A model generated the notes under the pieces. It saw nothing but the letters and a program-made list of their open reading frames with translations, searched no databases and was not told the DNA's origin. This document shows positions 59,117 through 64,000 of a stretch of DNA of 64,000 nt, one piece after another. Within the stretch, counting starts at the first letter, position 1, and each line of letters begins with the position of its first letter. This DNA is from Azolla caroliniana. Taxonomy: Eukaryota; Plantae; Polypodiophyta. The stretch covers positions 1,302,001 through 1,366,000 of the forward strand of contig JBHGNT010000013.1 in assembly GCA_043228905.1 (NCBI GenBank), in the 5' to 3' direction. The position numbers were made by a program, and so were the translations under genes.

Positions 59117-59199
59117 GATTACTACGCGTGGTGCATTTTAAATAGACGGATGTCACACCTTTTCATGGTGACCATTCAAAATCTGGAATAATATCTGTT

Positions 59200-62100
59200 T
59201 TTTTTTCCCCTTCTTGTACGGCCTTGTTCTTTTGTTCCTCTGAGGTCAGGTCCTTATGCTGCTCCAGTTGCTTGAACCGATTTACCAACACCGGTCTAGG
59301 TTTCAGCTAGAATCCATTGACCCATTTCTTTAGTAATTCCCCGTCTAGTGTACCAAGCTAATAGGACCCTGGAAGAACCTTGTGATCCAAAATAGTCCAG
59401 TCCACTGGAACCTCAGCTTTCTAGGCATGCTACTCATCCGGGTTTGGAATACCAATAACAGTTTGCCTATGCTGAAGTTCTTTTCATTGCCCTTCTGCTC
59501 TCGGTCCACAAAAGCTTTCCGCTGCCATTGCTCTAGCTCCAATTGCAGCAGACTAATGATCCGATGTTCCTCCAATTCACATAATGTTTCCAACCATATT
59601 GTTTCAGATTCCTTCTCGCTCAATCGCTCCTAGACCTGTATCCACAAACTAGGAATCTGAAATTCCATGGGCATGAAGGCCTCTAACCCGAATGCTAATC
59701 GGAACGGTGTTGTCCGGCTACTTGTTTTGTATGTCCTCCGGTATGCCCATATCGCATTGTGCAATTTTGTATCCCAATCCGGCCGGTATTCATTCACAAT
59801 CTTCCGGTGGATGTTTTGAAGCGTCTTGTTTGTGGATTCGGCCAATCCATTCGCCTGCGGATAATATGGCATGCTTCGTTTGTGGACCACCACGTAGAAT
59901 ATGCTCAGAATCTCCCTGAAATGGCCGAGGAAGTGTCCGCCTTGGTCACTAATTAACTTGATTGGGCAACCGTACCTGCACCATATCTACTCGTACAAAA
60001 ACTTCGTTGTTGATGTTGCAATGTTATCTTGAAGAGCTTTGGCCTCCACCCATTTGGTACAATAGTCCGTGGCCACTACAATGTATCGGACCGGGTTCCT
60101 TGTACGCATTGTCGATAGCTTGAATGGTCTGACAAAGTCCAACCCCCACTTTTGGAAAGGTTCCAACGATAGCACCGATTGATGAGGCATTCGAGCCTGC
60201 TCTGTTGGTTGCCCCATTCTTTGGCATAAGTCGCATTCTTTGCAGTACCGAACCGCATCCTTGAGGGTCGTCGATCACCATAACCCACTACGCCATATCT
60301 TCCGGGCTATGGCATCTCCAACATAGTGTCCTTCGGCAACTCCGTAGTGGACCTCACATAATACCACTTGTTTCTCATCACTCCGAACCGCAAGTCGTCA
60401 GATTCCGTCTGCTCCCTTGTGATATAGTGTGTCCTGCACCAAACAAAAATGTCGGCTTTTTACCGCAAGTCATTTCTGCTGGTCCCGGCTCAACTTTTCC
60501 AGAGGTAACCCGTACATAAAACCTTATGCATGTCTGTGAGTTGCTTGTCTTCTTCGGTGACTGTTCCATCCAACGCTACCTCTGCAGTCACCGTGAATAA
60601 CTCCACATTCGGGAACTTGTCGTAGAACCTGTCATCAGATTCTCCGGATTCCAACCGTCTTAAGTAATCATTTACTGCATGTTGCATTATAGGCCGATGA
60701 TATATGTCGAATTCAAATTCCTGCAGTAATAAGGTCCATCTTGCTAGCTTCCCTGTTAGTGATTCATTTGATATCATATAGACTAACGCGGAATGGTCCA
60801 CAAGGAAGGATAAATTTTCGGCCTAACAAGTAGTGTCGGTACTTTGTTACGCTATAAACCATCCCTAGAGCTTCTCTTTCTATCATTGAATAATTTCTCT
60901 TGGCTTTGGAAAGCTTCTGGCTTGCGTAATACATTGACCGGTACCATTTCGGCTTCGTGAGTTGCATTAGGATGCTTCCGATGGCTACGTCCGACGCATT
61001 TACAAATACGTGAAAATCCTTGCTCCAGGCAGGCGGCTATACCACTAGTGCCTGTGAAAGCATGACTTTGAGCACTTGATAGACTTTATCCTCCTGCTCC
61101 GTCCACTGGAATGGTAATCTATGTATTGCTGCATGCAATAGAGTGGCGAAATCCGCTAAGTACCAGAGCATCCGGTTGTGCCACTGGATTTGCCCTAAGA
61201 ATTGGCTCAAGGCCTTTCGGTTTGTTGGCGCTGGTGCTTGCAGAATTTCTTTCACTTTATCCGGATCCACTGCAATTCCTTCTTTGCTCAATATGTGTCC
61301 GAACAGCGCTTCGCAAGTGACCCAGATTACGCACTTGGCCGTATTTATACTCAATCTGTATCCCCAACATTTTTCAAGACACATCCGGAGATGGTCCAAG
61401 TGGACCTCCCTCCAGCTATAAACGACGAAATCATCGAGAAACACCTGCATGAAGGCTAGAATATATTCTCCGAATATTTCCATTATAATCCGTTGAAATG
61501 TTGTTGGTGCCATCTTTAGCCCAAACATTATGACGACTGCAACAAACACTCCCCATTCTGTCATGAAGGCCGTCTTTTCCTGGTCGTCTGGATGCATTCG
61601 GATTTGATTATACCCACTAAATCTAGCTAAGAAGTTGTAAACTTCATGTCCAGCTATCGCGCCCAATACGCCATCTGTAAATGGTAGAGGAAAGGCATCC
61701 ATCTCTGTGGCTGCATTGAGTTTCCGGTTGTTGACACAGACTTGGATCTTCCTATTCTTCTTTAGTACTATGACTATCGGACTTAACCACGTGGCTTGTT
61801 TCATTGGCTAGATAAAACCAACTTTGAGCAGCTTGTCAATTTCTTCTTTTACCTTCAACGCATAGTTCGGGTTCATCCGGTATCGTCTTTGCGCTACCGG
61901 TTTCGTATCCTTGCTAAGGTGAATCTGATGTTGATACAGCTTGGGGCCCAACCCTGCATATCTTCATAGGACCATGCAAAGACATCCCTGAATTCTTTCA
62001 ATAGTTCGATCACTGCCCTTTTTTCGTTAGGTGGCATTTCCTTCGCCACATTGACTTATCTAATGATTCCTGCACTTGCTAGAGTTCTCGGATTGCCTCC

Positions 62101-64000
62101 CGATCCGGGTCATTGAATTCGTCCTCCCAGTGTGTAACATATGGCGTGACGGCATACGTGACATCTACTTCGAAAAGTGGTACGATCTTGGGATGTTCGT
62201 CTAAGTATTGGTCGATTTCGTCATTCGTCAATCCATCCAGCATATTGATACTTTCAAGATATAGTGCTGCTAGTTGCTTGCTTGTATCGGCCCGTTCTTG
62301 GGTTGGTACCTGGACCTTACTTTTCCCTCATTTCAAGGGTATCACATTCTTTTGCCAATTCTGCTTAATGTGTGTTGTTTTCAACCATCGTCTTCCCAAT
62401 AATAGGGGGTATGCCCCAGACATGTTGAGCTGCAATACCACGGCGGAAATACGGAAAGCATGACCTCCGATCGTGATGTCCAGGTCTCGGATGAGTCCAG
62501 TTGGCCGAACCGAATTGGTATCTACCATACGTAGCCAGAATGGACACATTTCCTATTTGATGATGCCCAGTGTTTCGCTATTTGTTCCTAGTACCTCACT
62601 TACCTTGATGATGACCATTATTGCCGCACTACTCGTGTCAACCACTACCGGTCCTTCCTCCAGATTTGAGAAGAATGCCGGTGTGGGCTCTAGATTGTGT
62701 GGTGACAACGCACTTTAACCCTTCCATAAATCAGGGAACCAATTGCAAAAGTCGGCCCAGTGGCAGCATAATCTGACATTGTTGCAAAGCCTACCAGACT
62801 CGGTCGTCGTCTCTGCCTTGGATTGGTGCTTCTGGGAACTTGATCTGTTCTTTCACTTCGGCCACGTTCCATTCATTGGCCTTTTGTATCCACTCTGTAG
62901 CTTGCTTTTGGATTGCCTCATGAGTTTCCCATTCAACAGCCTTTCTTTTTGATCGGGTGGTGACTTGTTGTACATCCATGACTTCGGCGGTCACCATGTT
63001 AACTACCGATTGTTTCTCTTTGGCTTTTCTCGGGCAATTGCTATTGTAATGGCCTTCCTATCGACAATAATAACAATATAGTTTCTGGTTACTGCTCGTT
63101 TCCCCTTTTTTTGCATTTCCCAACTGTATGTCGGAATTCATCTGATTGGTATCTTCTGGCCTCCATTGCTCTAGTTGTGCTAGAGACTGATTTGTATCCG
63201 GTCTCCGTCGATATTCCTGGATTGTCTCTCGACGCTAATATCGTCGAAAATTTCCTCTATGGTTATTTGGGCGTTGTTGGTTATTGTGGTATCCTCGTTT
63301 GTCCTGGTCCAGGTACGCTCTCCATTCCGAAAATCTTATTTCGTATCTTCGCCAGTCATAATCTGGAGAGTAATCCCTTTCGTATCGGCCCCATTCATAA
63401 TCTACTCGTCGTCTGTCATCATAGCAGTAACCGCGTTGTGGTCAGTATCGATTATCTTCCCTGAACTGATCCTCGTCTAGTCATCACACACACTAGGGCT
63501 CAATGTGTCAGACCGGTGCTGCTTGACGATTTAATAGATTGTACTCACACCGCTCCATGGTGTGTGATTGGGAGTGACACAACATGCATTGGGTCCGCAT
63601 TGTACATTCCAATGTGGAGTGGCCAGGATTGAGGCATGTTGTGCACAGTACTACCTGCCGAAATTGGAGGTCTTCTTCTCTAGGCAATGCTCGTTGTAGG
63701 GCCCCCATCACTATGTAATTACTATTCTAGGCCTTATCCATTTCCCGTACCCAATCGATTACTTCACCCATGGTGTTGGTCCTGAAGTCCAACATTGATA
63801 GCATTGTCTAGAGTGGTTCTCAGAGTGTAGCCAAAAAGACTACTTTTGGCTCATCCTCCGGAGGTGCCCTTGTAAGCTGAGTATTCAGTGTCTCGAATCA
63901 AATGATTAATTGTGGAATTATCTCGTTGGGTTCCGGATATACCGTATAAAATTGTTCGACGAGTTCCCTCTGCTCCATCGGTCAGGGAAAGAATAGCAGA
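59200..64000 (-). pseudogene. E gag-pol, decayed
   Basis: RT WLSPIVIV, DAFPLPF, FSGYNQI, FLDD; RNase H YYAS, EREAL, DHSAL; integrase [24 protein letters not shown]; CCHC knuckles. Confidence 0.92.

Larger units (their letters stand above)
55686..64000 (-). mobile_element. Athila/Tat-like non-chromoviral Gypsy E (5' end outside window)
   Basis: gag-PR-RT-RH-IN on the minus strand, a ~3-kb 3' region, PPT GAGGATTGAGGGAG at 56169-56182, then LTR. Confidence 0.85.

Overview
Eukaryotic heterochromatin-type window made almost entirely of nested LTR retrotransposons. I found no host protein gene, rRNA, true tRNA or CRISPR. The lineage mix (Tcn1-like chromovirus, fungal-like Gypsy, Copia, plant-type tRNA primer sites) points to a non-seed plant, probably a moss; this is inference. 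Reconstructed from LTR ends and target-site duplications (TSDs): three copies of a chromoviral Gypsy family A (A1 1-568; A2 11925-33677, decayed; A3 20383-27400, identical LTRs and an open 1469-aa ORF). Two tRNA-Trp-primed non-chromodomain Gypsy elements (B 12634-27409; C 44971-52089) plus a related solo LTR, all with 4-bp RCGT TSDs. A Tcn1-like composite D (34737-54314) with a self-priming site. Four Copia elements, a Tork-like fragment and solo LTR, an Athila/Tat-like element E with a 3' extra ORF (55686-64000), and a probable tRNA-Arg-primed element F with an antisense coiled-coil ORF. Highlights: tRNA-like Pol III A/B-box cassettes in the U3 of two unrelated LTR families, CG-centred target selection, two distinct -1 frameshift cassettes, Tf1-type self-priming, and a putative 5'-leader intron. 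Lineage names come from motif recognition, not database searches; all alignments were done by eye.
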